Of a DNA stretch of 64,000 bases, positions 11,926 to 24,502 are shown piece by piece (the stretch's first letter is position 1; every line of letters begins with the position of its first letter). Position numbers and translations under genes: made by a program. The notes beneath the pieces were generated by a model that did no database searches, was not told the DNA's origin, and saw only the letters and a list, made by a program, of their open reading frames with translations. Origin of the DNA: Pelomyxa schiedti (Eukaryota > Protista > Evosea); NCBI GenBank assembly GCA_020536535.1, contig JAHLWZ010000310.1, positions 5,805 through 69,804 on the forward strand, written 5' to 3'.

Positions 11926-13848
11926 GAATCCCAGATTTGACACCCAATCTTCGTTTTTGTTCCTGACAATAGCCCCACCACTCACAGCACTGGTCGTAGT
12001 CTCTCCAGTTGTTTGTTGTTGTTTCGGTTCACATCCGGAGAAAAGCGTCCTCTGAGACTTGCCAAGGGGTCGGTGGCTCTCCCCCTCAAGACAAAACACG
12101 ACACTGTCCAAAAAACATGTTTTATAGTGCGCGATGGTGCGGTTTTTGTGGTTGAGGGGTGCCAAAAAAGAGTTCATCGGGGGTGGCCCTGTGTTTTTGC
12201 CACCCCTCTCAGGGGTGTGTGGCAAGACACTATTTCGGTTTTTTTGTTCATTTTGTGTCTTTTGCTGCATGTTTTTGTGGTTTTTGCCAAGTGATACACA
12301 GTGCAGCGAAGTGAACTCCCAGCGTTTTATTCGGCCAAGGGAATGTTTTCATTGGGGCATGGGCCCCTGCTCGTATGTCCCACAGATGCTTCCTGGTTTC
12401 CATTGACCGCAGCCAGGGAGAGTATGTATCCCTTTTCTTTTCTGCCCACAGTTTGAAAGTGTGTTTATTCTCAGACACCAACAAAGTTGTGGGACTCGTT
12501 CCCTGTGTGCTTGTTCCTTTCTGCCTTGGTGTTGTGGTTTTAATGTTTCACCACACATGCAACATATAACCCTTGTGATCTGCTGCGTGTTGTTTGTTGG
12601 ATTTTCCCTTTTACTTTGTACAGCATGTGGAAAAACCCTTTGGGCTCAGGGCCTACTTTCTGTTTGCGCAGAAATGTGCTGACCAATGGTGAAAGCTTCT
12701 GCAGAATGTGGTGGATAGTTCGGCTTTGATATTCATGTTAATTCTCATCAGAAAAAGGTTGCAAGTTGCCAACAGTATCATGAATTTGAACTTCCAAGAT
12801 GGATGCGTGTATTTCTGAGATGTCTGTACTGACTCAGAAAGGAAAAACCCACGCCAATGCACTTCAAAGAGTGAATCCCCTGCGTTGTTTCTGCATGAAT
12901 ACAAACTTCCTGCGTGAGTCTTGCATCTCACAATCACTACTAACACTAATACAGTGTTTGTAATGTCCTTCACACCAGCAACGCCATGAGAAGTTTACAT
13001 GTACTTCACATGATGTTATTTTCGGTCTTCAAAGAATCTGAAGCACAGCAGCACAATCTGTAACACCTTCAGTTGTGAAGTAAGTTTACCAGAGCTAGAG
13101 ACTTATGTGTGTATTCTGTGACTTTCCATGCTGTTTTCGAAAGATACTCGATTCTCTGTGGGGTAATGGAAGAATATGGTCACCTGTTTTTCCCACTGGG
13201 GGGTGATTTGTTTATCTTACAGCTTTTCACTTTGTTTGTGCCAACTGTTTGGCAAGAAGCATTTTGGGAATGACAACAAGTCCGCTGTTGAGGCATTAGC
13301 TTATGACCATTAAAACCCTGAATTAACCTGTTCCAGAAAGGCTTAACATGGTCACTGGATGCTTTCCCTGGCATGGCCGAATTGAGGCACCCAGGTTTTA
13401 TTCTCTGTACCCTTGTCATCAGTGTCTGTTGTGTCTTTTTTTCAGAACCTTTTCCCATAGTGCTCCATTTTCCCTCTTGTAGTTTTACACCCCCAGGAAA
13501 AAGCATCCTGCTTTTCTTCAAGGTGGCTTTTTTGCATCTCAGAGTTGTGGTGCCAGTCTAGAAAAGAAAAAACACAATTTTGTCTCCAGTTTTTCTTCTG
13601 GTTGTTGGTGTGCAAGCCATTTTTTTACAAGGTGCAGTGGCACCCTCAACGCAACTCACCCAAGAATCTTCCGAAAACACAAGATGATTCACAACATCCA
13701 ACAGTGAAACCAGGAAAAAAAAACCCCAAACTGAAAAAATGTGAAGCACAGTGGGTGTTGAAACCCCCCACAAGCTGGGAAAAAAGGGTATTTCTCACAA
13801 ACAGGAAGCCTGGTATTAAGGCAAAAGCCTGACTGTGTTGGCAAGCGC

Positions 13849-15021
13849 TTAACTGCTGAACTTTAGGGTGTAAGATTCCTCCAGCATAGGGATAGGCTGA
13901 TGCCACAAACAATTACCAGTGAGGGCATCAAGGAGTGCAATGTAGTCACGTCTTTGGACTGCAATCAACCCATTGTCAACCTTGAAGGCTGTGTCAGCTA
14001 AGTGGAACACAGAGCATGGAGCAACCCAGCCATCAGCATTTGAGAACACTCGCAGGGTGTCAGTGCCACAATCAAACTCACAAAAGTGGCATTCATCAAC
14101 CTTGATTGGAAATGAAGTGCACTTCCTGATCACATTGTTTGTTTCCAAGTTGACCAGGAAAATGTCCCGCTGGCAGGGCACCCGAAAAACCTGTGGTGCA
14201 GCAAGGAATGTGTACTTGTCAGACCAGTAAAAGGAATAACAGGTGTCCGCATGGAACTCTTGAATGATGGAGAACACACCCTGTTGGTACGTTTTCGCCA
14301 GGTCAACAATCCACAGTGCGCGATTGCCCCCTCTCTTCGTCACTGACACCACAGCACTGTTCCCACTGTGCCTGCCCACCATCACATCGATCCAATTCAC
14401 AGCCTCCAACTCTCCAATTGACACCACCCTCACAGGAAATTGCATTGATGGCCTCCTTCCTGTGCTGCTCCCAGTCAGTGGCTTTGGCCTCGGCCACATC
14501 GGGAAGCTTTTCCTGTCCGCCGCGTACACCAACTGCCACCGCTTGTTCCTCACCATCGATGCGTTGCGGGTGTCAAAGGTGCCGTCCCACCGAGCCACCT
14601 CCTGCTCTGTTTCAAGCTCCGCAATCACAGAGTGAGAGGGGAGCTCGACTGGAACAGGAGCTGCGAAGTGATCGCGGTCCACCCACCCGTAAATAAACTT
14701 GGTGCACATCTTCGTTTGGCGCTCAACGTCCACGACGCCAAGTGTGTGTGACACACTCACAAACCACGTGGCTTCCACTTGCCGATACACTGAATCGCGA
14801 GAGCCCACAACGACGCTGTCGCGCACACCCATGATCCAGTTTCTGCCGATTTCGTGGCACAACACGTGGTGGGGAATCACCCGCAAAGGTGACACCGACG
14901 CGCACCGTCCCACAATTCCCCCAGAGCACAGAGCAACGAATTGGTCTCGTGCCCACAAAACGTGGTAGGCAGGTGGCATCGGGGTTACCTGCGAACGACG
15001 GAACAAGAGTCGAAACGCCAT
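13849..15021 (-). CDS. Intronless hypothetical protein (about 390 aa), probably from a lineage-specific expanded family
   Basis: Long uninterrupted ORF; first in-frame ATG at 15021; N-terminal WARDQFVAL...GRC segment and a beta-rich C-terminus. Confidence 0.6.
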   Translation of the reverse strand: MAFRLLFRRSQVTPMPPAYHVLWARDQFVALCSGGIVGRCASVSPLRVIPHHVLCHEIGRNWIMGVRDSVVVGSRDSVYRQVEATWFVSVSHTLGVVDVERQTKMCTKFIYGWVDRDHFAAPVPVELPSHSVIAELETEQEVARWDGTFDTRNASMVRNKRWQLVYAADRKSFPMWPRPKPLTGSSTGRRPSMQFPVRVVSIGELEAVNWIDVMVGRHSGNSAVVSVTKRGGNRALWIVDLAKTYQQGVFSIIQEFHADTCYSFYWSDKYTFLAAPQVFRVPCQRDIFLVNLETNNVIRKCTSFPIKVDECHFCEFDCGTDTLRVFSNADGWVAPCSVFHLADTAFKVDNGLIAVQRRDYIALLDALTGNCLWHQPIPMLEESYTLKFSS

Positions 15022-15271
15022 CAATTCTTCGATTTCTGATGAGGGACTTGGACTCACCTCACCTGAGTGCCCACTGATTGAGGAGTTGAGTGCCAACGCA
15101 TGGAACTACTCTCTCTACTGTATACGAGAGAGTGCCTTTTCAAAAAGCGAAAGTACCGTAATTCACAAAAGAAACTATTGATGAGTAGCGGCAACGAGTG
15201 CAGGTGCCTGGCACACTCAGCAAACTTCAACAAAAAACAAACTGGTTTGTACCCACTGACAACAACCAAAT

Positions 15272-16597
15272 ATGACGACGATGATGCACCGAACGAGCGG
15301 TGGGATTATGGGCGGAGGCGGCGGGGGGGTTGGGCTGAGGTTCACGGTGAGGATCGCGGCGGTCGACCACATACAGCCAGGCCGCGACGTCGAGGTTGCG
15401 TGGTGCCACGGCCTGAGGGCAAGGCAGCGCGGCAGGACCGTCGCCGCTACCGCCTCCTCATCCCCACTTATGGGAGCTACTTGTGGTGTATCTGGCACGT
15501 CACCTGTTGTTACAATGATGACTGGGACTGGTACTGGGACTGGGACTATGAATACAGGAGGTGCTGTTCAGGGTGTGTCTGGTTATTGTTATTACTAACT
15601 TGATTGATGAATTCATAATAATTATTAAGTACGGGGTGAGATTGGGAATGAGATTTTGTTTGGGGAAGGGGGATTTTAAATCAAGCACAAGTGATACGTG
15701 GTTATAATTGATATCCTTCAATTCTTCTAATTTATGTTTAGTTGCAACTGTTGGGGAGGGTGGAGCTGTTGCGAGATGGGGCGGTGGCGGGGAGTCTTTC
15801 AGCGTGGCTATCAACGAACCTGGCTCTAGGAACGCTGGTGTTGTGTGGAGGCTCGCGGCCAATGCTGCACAGAGGGTGGCCAGGATCGTGGGAGTTGGTG
15901 AGGATATGACTGAAGGTGTGATCAAGTTTGAGATGTGGGAGAGGGTGAGGAAATCTGGTGCTGTAGTTGTACTGAAGGCCGCTTCTTCAAAGCTCATTGG
16001 AAAGGTTCCATCTTCCCTCCTTTTTTCTGTATTCACTTTAACTCTACTAAAGGCAAGTCTGGACTTGAGTGAGTTTGTTGATGCCACTAATGCTCCCAAA
16101 TTCATTGACTTCAAGCTTAAAAATGTTTCACCGGCTGTATGCGTTCCCAAAATTACATTTCCGCAAGAAACAGCATTTCTCATTTTCCCACGCAGGTTCT
16201 GTGCCCAAGGTTACTTGTGTACATCACATGCGAGAGGCAGCCCCTTAATGCGCAGCTTGTAGGCCCCCCAATGACAGTCATTGCCCAGCAGCAACAACCC
16301 CTTACTGTCCCACCCCCTTTGGCCACCATTCCCACGGTTACCCCCGCTTCTGCATTACCTTCTGGTTCCAATAACCAACCTTCTGTAAGCACTGTGACCC
16401 CCACGCAACAACCCCAATCACAGAGTCCCTCCGTAATGTATCCTTCTTGTGGCACTGGGTCAGCGTCATCCTCTACTTCTGAACTGAGTTCATCCATTTG
16501 TTCTGCCCCAGTTACCTCTATCAGTACTACAACTAGTCCTGAGCAAATCTCCACCTTTCTTCCTTCACCTGTCACTTCTGCGACCAACACTGAATAA
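15272..16597 (+). CDS. NT-C2 (EEIG1/EHBP1-type) domain protein with a Ser/Thr/Pro-rich tail (multi-exon)
   Basis: LRFTVRIAAVDHI...VEVAW; IKFEMWE...KLIG|KASLDLSEFV, as in NT-C2 domains. Confidence 0.5.
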
Positions 16598-16676
16598 AAT
16601 GCCAACATGAAGTCATTTATAATAGAATTTCTATTGTTATTGTTTACAATTCTGTTGTTCTTTCTTGAAGCCACTA

Positions 16677-17591
16677 TTAACATATGCAGCACTTTGGTGG
16701 GGAAGTGCGGTTTGGTGCCTGGGGTCTCATTTGCCTCACCAATTGGTGAAACACCTCGCGTACATTGACTTGTTCTTTGCAGGAGGTCTCCCTGGTGCAT
16801 TCTGTTAGTTGGTGTGGAAAACCACAAGGGTATTACATAAATGGAATTCCGTAGCTATTTGCCAGGGTGGTTCCTTCAGTGAGGGAAACTTGCCTCTGTG
16901 TAAGATCGGATTTGTTGCCGCACAGAACCATTGGGAACGTTGGGTTCTTCTGAGTCAAGCATTTGTCTCTGTTCATAACATCACCGTAACGCATTGCGGT
17001 TTTTTTAAGGATACCTAATAGCTGGAATGTTTTCAAATGATGACCGAGAATCAATCGCATAAACAATGACGAACCCATTCGCTTCGGCCATATACCTTGA
17101 AAATGTTAAGGCGAGATAGAATGGTTTTCCATAAAGAAGAACTGGCTACTGTTTATACAAAGAACTCGGTTCAGTATTCGGACCTGAAAAGTAATGTAAC
17201 AAAGAAACATTTCATGCTGAATTCAGCACACCAATATCCAAGATATCCAATACACAGGCCGGCTCCTCATCAATGCAAACTCCTTGTCGGTAGGTGTCCT
17301 AAAGAAAGAGTTATTAATACAATAACAGCCTTTTGACATGACCTCATTAGATGGTGCCCACTCTTTTAAAAAAAAAAAACCCAATTATGGCACGCGTAAG
17401 TTCCATAGTATCGTGAAGATGAAGGAAAATGGAGAAATACCCCCAACGAAAGCACCTACACTAAAGGCCACAATCAAAGCCGACTTACCCACACCACGTT
17501 CTCCTTCAACAACTACTTTATATTCCTACATGTGCATCGTCAACAAACTGAACAACCACGTTGATCACACGCAACCAACTTGTACTGCCAT
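16677..17591 (-). CDS. Atypical Ras-family GTPase (multi-exon)
   Basis: MAVQ|EYKVVVEGERGVGKSAL...WAPSNEDTYR...LDILDIGPNTE...GFVIVYAID...VLCGNKSDL...ETSCK...KCCIC*. Confidence 0.85.
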
Positions 17592-17757
17592 CAAAGGATC
17601 AGATGGTCGCTTTCTGTGAACAGTAAAAAATTTTGTCCAACACGTGGACACAACGAAGACGATGAAAACGTAGAGACTATGTCGAGTGTGAGGGGGTTTA
17701 AAAAGTCATCTTACGATGCAAACCAAACACAAATAAATAAAAAAATAAACAAAGTAA

Positions 17758-18439
<682 letters not shown>

Positions 18440-18714
18440 GCTGAGAGGAAACATGGAATGTTAAGGGGAACCTTAACATACCACTTGTCAAATACAATGT
18501 AAAAAGAAGATTATGGCATTTGGCAGTAGTTGCCTGCACACACTTTTTAAGCTCCGCTTTACACATAGGTACAAAATTATAAAAAACAAAGCCTGGAACA
18601 TCAGAGCCCATCCTCAGTGCGACAAGTCCGTATTCCAATTTTTTGGACTCAGACACAGTCGCAGTTGCGGACCAGCTCTTAATCTCTTAAACTACAAAAA
18701 AGCGGTCTGTGTCG

Positions 18715-19860
18715 ATGAGGAGTCGTGAGGCGACGCGGGTCGGTGTGACGGGGGCGTGCGGGCGAATCGGCAGGGTGCTGGCTCGTCACTGGACCTCCCA
18801 CTCCCACAATCGCGATGTCACTCTGTTTGTTCGCGACGAGGAACAGAAGGCCGCCCTCGACGCCGACATCATCGCGTCCGCGGCGCAGTTACCACCAACT
18901 ACTACAACAACTACAACTTGCAGAGTTGTGGACCTGGTCACTTGCACCAACTTGGAGGGTGATTCTGTCCGCTCCTTGCTATTTATTTTATATACGCACA
19001 TATCCATTTACATTGTAATCGCTGACCAGAAGTGTTCTCTGGATTGGATGTTGTTATTCACTTGGCGGCTTTGGTTGATTGCAGCACTGACGCTAGTAAT
19101 GTCCGGCTGTGGAACGGAATTCTACACAACAACATAGCTGCAACATATAACGTATTAAACGCTTGCGTCAAGGCAAAGGTATCTCAACAACAACCCCGTT
19201 TGCCCTGACATGAAATAAACCTAAAAAGAACAGGTCAAGAGAGTGATTCTGGCCTCTTCGAATCACGTGCAACACGGAATCACAATTGGTGACCCAAAGG
19301 ACCCCCGTACTTTGGGCCCAAACAAGCTCGGCGGCAGAAGGATGCATATTGGCGATGATCCATGGCCCGATAGCCTCTACGGTGCCAGTAAACTCTTTGC
19401 CGAAGACCTGGGCAAAGTATATGCACTCCGCTACGGGCTAGAAGTAGTTGCCTTAAGAATTGGCTGGGTCAGAATAAGAGGTAAATATTCACGCCTGTTT
19501 CAACCACTAATTCACAAGTACAGATGATCCCAGCGATTTGCGAGGAACTCCAAGTGAGCCGTTCATGCGGGCCATATACCTAAGCTATAAAGATTGTATT
19601 GGGTTCTTCAATGCTGTATGCCGGCCTCTCCAACCCACAACACTCTGACCTCCTTTCCTATTTCGCATCTAATAAGTTACACAAAGGCCATTGACACGCC
19701 ACTGAAAGGGAAGACACCAAAAGGAATTCCATTCATGTGTGCCTATGCATGCAGCAACAACACACTGAGAGTGTGGGACCTCTCTCAGTCGATATTACGG
19801 CTTGGGTATTCACCCACCGACAATGCTGAGCTGTTTTTCCTCCCCTCTGCAAAACTCTAA
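18715..19860 (+). CDS. NAD-dependent epimerase/dehydratase (extended SDR), uronate dehydrogenase-like (multi-exon)
   Basis: VGVTGACGRIG Rossmann motif; DVVIHLAA; RVILASSNHV; DSLYGASKLFAEDLG (YxxxK); ALRIGW. Confidence 0.85.
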
Positions 19861-19953
19861 GTAACTTAGTTGCACAAAGGGAAGGAGCAAACCAAGTGGA
19901 ATATTAAGAAACGCCTACAAGGAAAAGGAAAAATAAAACAAACAAACAATTGT

Positions 19954-22480
19954 TCACAAATTTTTCAGTACCATATTGAAGGCTTTTTCAACGTGACGGT
20001 TGTGTGAAATACTTGTTTCTACATAGAGCCCTTTTGTATGGGCACCAGAAAACTGAATTGCCTAAATGTTGTTAGTACATCCTATTTACGGGAAAATAAT
20101 TCAGTAGGCACCAGCTCTTTTGGAACAAGTCTCTCTGAGAGGTCGATTTTATTTGCGAGAAGGAGTATAGGGGCATCAGGATTTTTGCTGAACCGGTGAA
20201 TATCATCAACCCATTTGGTGGCATGGTCATAGGTATCTACGTGGATAAGAATACAATCTAAGAATAAAGGCATAAAACCTGGACGCGTTACATCAAACAT
20301 CACAATGAAGCCTTGTGCATATCCAAATACACTACAAACAGTTACATGGATACAGGGATAAATAGCGAAAGCCTTCTTGCCGGTATCCTTAGGAACCAGT
20401 CATGCTTTTTCTTGGATAGAAGTAGCTTTATTCTCTGACGGAGGCGTTAATAGACGAAGGTAAAGAAATTGGTAACAACCTTACCATTCACTTTGCGTAC
20501 TATTGTAACACTTTGATCGGAGTCATGCTCTTGACCCAAAATAAGGGGTGGAGTGCCGTGAACAGCACTGGAAGAGAAAAGGGGTTACTAAAGTGTAAGG
20601 AAGGTTATCAGTAACCAGTGAACCAAGCTAGTTTTCCCTGCGTCATGTCACCAATTGGAAAAAGAAAGATTACCAGTTTTACCTACGTTCTCGTCGCCTA
20701 GAATAACAAGCATGAATGATGAATCGGCAACTTGATCCATCCGGTGTTGCTCTGCCATCAGGTCGGCGTATTTGACTTGCTGATTCGGTTTCACTTGCAC
20801 CCCTTTTGGTAAAGTACGAAGCATATCTATGGGTTCATCACCCTGTTCATGTGGTTCTTCTGTGCGTTCAGCTGCAAGTTGCCGTGTTACTTCGGCCAGA
20901 GTGAAGGTCTTTGCGGCTGGAGTTGGTGAAGACGGTGCAGAAAATAAAGAGAACTTTCCAGTAGGAGTAGATGAGAAGTCCAGGTCAATGAGTTCCTGAG
21001 TAACTACTGGTTTTACCCTTCTGTGCTCATGCGAAGAGGCTGAAGAGGAAGAGTTACTTCTTGTCTTTGGGCTTTCACTGTCACTTGAACTCCTATGTGA
21101 TGGCTTTTCACTTGAGGTTGTAGAACTTTTGTCAGGCTCTGCCTGTACTGACCCACCAGTAATAGGAGCTACCTCTTTGCCACCAATCTCGCTACTTGTT
21201 TTGAGGGTGCTTGGCTTTGGGTCACTGGTTGTTTCCACTGGCTTGCTGTCATTGAGGTCCAACTCTGGAGTACCCTCTGAGCTCGTGTCTTTGTCTCTCT
21301 CTATAGAGATAACGGGAGAATGGCGAGAAGAAAGGACCGGGCTGGATGTTGCGAGACGCCATTGAGGCTTAGTTGCAGTAGGGCTGGGAGGAGTACCAGG
21401 AGCGTTTGATTGGGCAGTAGCCGGACCTGTACTATCCTGTAGTATGTTGGTTGTAGTTGTACCAGTAGTTACAGGAGCCGCTTCTTTCTCCTTGCGCTTT
21501 TCAGTTGCAATATCCACCGACGCAGAAAGCAAATCCGGCTTGTCGCCCTTAAAATCCCTATCTCCCATAATCCGGGCCTGGGTCCGGAACTCGTACAAGG
21601 GAGACGGCATGTTAGCAACCCATAATGCCAAGTCGTCGGTGTCCGTGCAAGCATCAACCACAGCGACCCTGTGACACCTGCACCCGCACGACGCCCCGCA
21701 CTCGCCCCCACCCCCACCACCACCACCACCACCAGCCCCGCTCGATCTCTTCAAACCAGAGGCCCCCCCGCTCGACGAATGATGCCCGTGGTGCGACGAC
21801 GACGACGACGAGTGATGCAGCGCAGACGACGACGACGACGAAGATTTGACGAGGCCGGAGCGAGACGTCGAGGAACTACTACTACTAGTGGGGTTGGTGG
21901 AACGGGGCAGGACCGGGCTGGAGTGCTCCCGGCTGTTGCTCGAGTCCTTTTTGGTTCTGCTGCCCCCGCTGTGGTGGCCGTGGCTGCCGCTGCTGCTGGT
22001 TGTGGCGACGTCGCCGGCGGAGGACACCCGCAGCAACGACGACTTGGAGGTCGAGTGGTGCGTGGCGGTGGGCTCGGGGGACGACGGGTGGTTGCCGAGG
22101 AGCAGGATGAGGTCTCCCCCTCCGCCGGTTCCCAGCGGGGCGCTGGCCGCCCCTGGGGGCCGCTCCCCCGGCTCCGCCTGTACCGTGGCCCCCACTACCC
22201 CGCCGCCGCCGCCGGTGGTGGTGGTGGTGGTAGTGGTGGGGTCCCCCAGCAGGGAACCCGATTGCAAGATGGCAGCGGCCGAGGGGGGGTACGGGGAGGG
22301 GGCTGCGGCGGGGGGTGGGGGGCTCTGGGCGCCGCCGTCGCCCCCGCTGCGGTGGCCGCCTCTTGTGCGCTTGTGGTTATTGGTGTCGGCAGGGTTGGGA
22401 GCGAGCTTGGGGACCACTAGCTGGAGATCGTCCGACGTCGAATCGAGCGGCACGAGTGCCGCTTCAACGCCTGATGACAT
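19954..22480 (-). CDS. Long disordered N-terminus plus a C-terminal divergent Rab-like GTPase domain (multi-exon)
   Basis: About 590 aa Ser/Thr/Gly-rich exon, then LVILGDENV|GKTSL...NGKRIKL...GFIVMFDVT...LLANKID...VETS...VLKNL*. No DTAG motif and no terminal Cys. Confidence 0.75.
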
Positions 22481-22687
22481 TATCTTCGGCTAATCCCCTC
22501 CGACGTTGATTTAGGTGAGCGGTGCGGTTGACAGATTCGAATCTGGGCAGCCTCTGAGCCCGAGTCTTGCTCACCATTTCGGGAGCCGTACCCGTATTCC
22601 GTGCTACACGGTCTTTCGTCGAGGCACAGGGCCAAGAACCTGGAGAGACAGTCTGGTGCAGAAAAGTAACTCAAACGATCACAGACG

Positions 22688-24359
22688 ATGACGGAGTTCC
22701 GGGGATCTCAGGCTGATGAGGTGTGTCGCGTTTGTTGGTACAACAAAGGGGATATTAACAGTTGTGTAGTTGCGAATAATGCAACTTGAGAAAGACCGCG
22801 AGAAAGCTCTGCGGGAATTTGAAGCGAAGAAAAGCGCAATCGAACGTGGTACCTTTGCTTTACTAACTTTTACTTTTACTTTTGTTAACTGTTGCTGGTG
22901 AAGAAAACTCGCAGTCAGTTCTTGTTGCCATCAAGGATAAGTTTGCACACAAGTCCAGCAAAGCCGAGGAGGATTTCCACAAAGAGACTACGGGATTGGT
23001 CACCGCGGAGCAGTATAGGCGAAAACGGCTACTCGCTGACCAGTATCAGGAGGACGCTGAACGCGCCAGGAGGGCTCAGCAAGAAGAGTGCGTATCTCGG
23101 CTGCACTTTATTTATCTTCTTCTTTTAACCCTTTCAACAGAGAGGAAAGAAGAAGAGCTAAACGCTCCCGAACTGAAACGTCAAAACTGAGTTTTAGTGT
23201 GGATGAAGAAAACACTGATGAGGTAGAACCCGGGGAAGAAACTACAAGTGAAGGTGTGTCTACATGAACTCATATTCCATTGTAACATCACGAGGTGCAC
23301 GCTTCCAGCAGTAACAACAACTACATCATCTACATCTACATCTACGCCTGCGCCTGCGCCCACGCCTGCACCTACGTCTACATCAACGTCATCTGCATCG
23401 TCGACAACTACCACCTCTCCGACTCCTGCTGCACCCATCATCAAAATAAAGAAAAACCCACACATCGATACCTCGTTCCTACCTGACAGAGAAAGAGAGG
23501 TTTCTTTTTCCCCAATTATAGTTCCACTAACCCTTTTTAAGTTACGAGCCACTGAGTTGCGAGAGAAGCTTGCAAAAGAGTGGCTTGCAGAACAAGAAAA
23601 AATTAAAAGTAAGTGTGCAACTAAATAAGCCTTCCAGTTCACAATGCACAGAAGAAGTTATTGAAATCACATTCAGCTTTTGGGATGGATCTGGACACAG
23701 AAGGACTTCTAAAGTAGCCTTTCTTGGTTATTGTTTGGGCTTCCTTCTTACCGCTTAGAAGGTACCGAAGGGAACAACTATTGAACAATTCCTTGAGACG
23801 GTCAAGCACGATTTTAAGGAGATTAGGAACGTGAGTAGGAAATTGATGCGGCGAACTATTCTCTTTTCCAACATTAACTTTATTTAGATAAGTGTGGACA
23901 ATCTTATGTTCGTGAAGGAAGATCTAATAATTCCTCGTATGCAACACTTTTTCGTGTTCCGCTCCTCACAACCGTCAGACCACTATTCCTTCTACGACCT
24001 TATTGAGAGCCGGGCCCGCGGAAAGTCAGGCCCGCTGTTCCACTTTGATGTGCACGATGACGTCCGCCTTGTGTCTGATGCCGCCCACGAAAAAGATGAG
24101 GTATTACACTCCTCTGGCCATCTCAGCACTCAAATCAACCACAGTCCCACGCAGCAAAGGTTCTAGAACGCCGCTGGTACGATCACAACAAGCACATATT
24201 CCCAGCCTCCCGGTGGGAGGTTTTCGATCCCAATATTCAACGAGACAAGTAATTTCCTACCCCTCTCCCATTCCATATGCACAACCAATCCCTTATTGCC
24301 TCACCTAACACTAACACTCACACAGGTACACAATACGTGATACATTATCCTCTCATTGA
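22688..24359 (+). CDS. FAM50A: FAM50/XAP5 family nuclear/splicing-associated protein (multi-exon)
   Basis: [87 protein letters not shown]. Confidence 0.95.
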
Positions 24360-24502
24360 ATCAATAAATCAAACCCCACACTTCAGTCTCTGAGCAAAAC
24401 TTTTACTTGCCGCTTTAAGAAACCAACCGTTTTACTGAAAGTAACAAATCCCCTCGGCCTTTTTTGTTGAAAGACCAAAAAAATCACAAAAAACACAATA
24501 CG

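Noticed and set aside
16969-17014. Ras intron donor GTATCCTT resembles a U12-type 5' splice site
   Set aside because: No TCCTTAAC-type branch point in this 46-nt intron; a chance match is plausible.
21129-22509. Long overlapping antisense ORFs here and at 2162-2650, 43780-44428, 48098-48710, 54723-55624 and 61252-61831
   Set aside because: Shadow ORFs of GC-rich, low-complexity first exons; no independent motifs.
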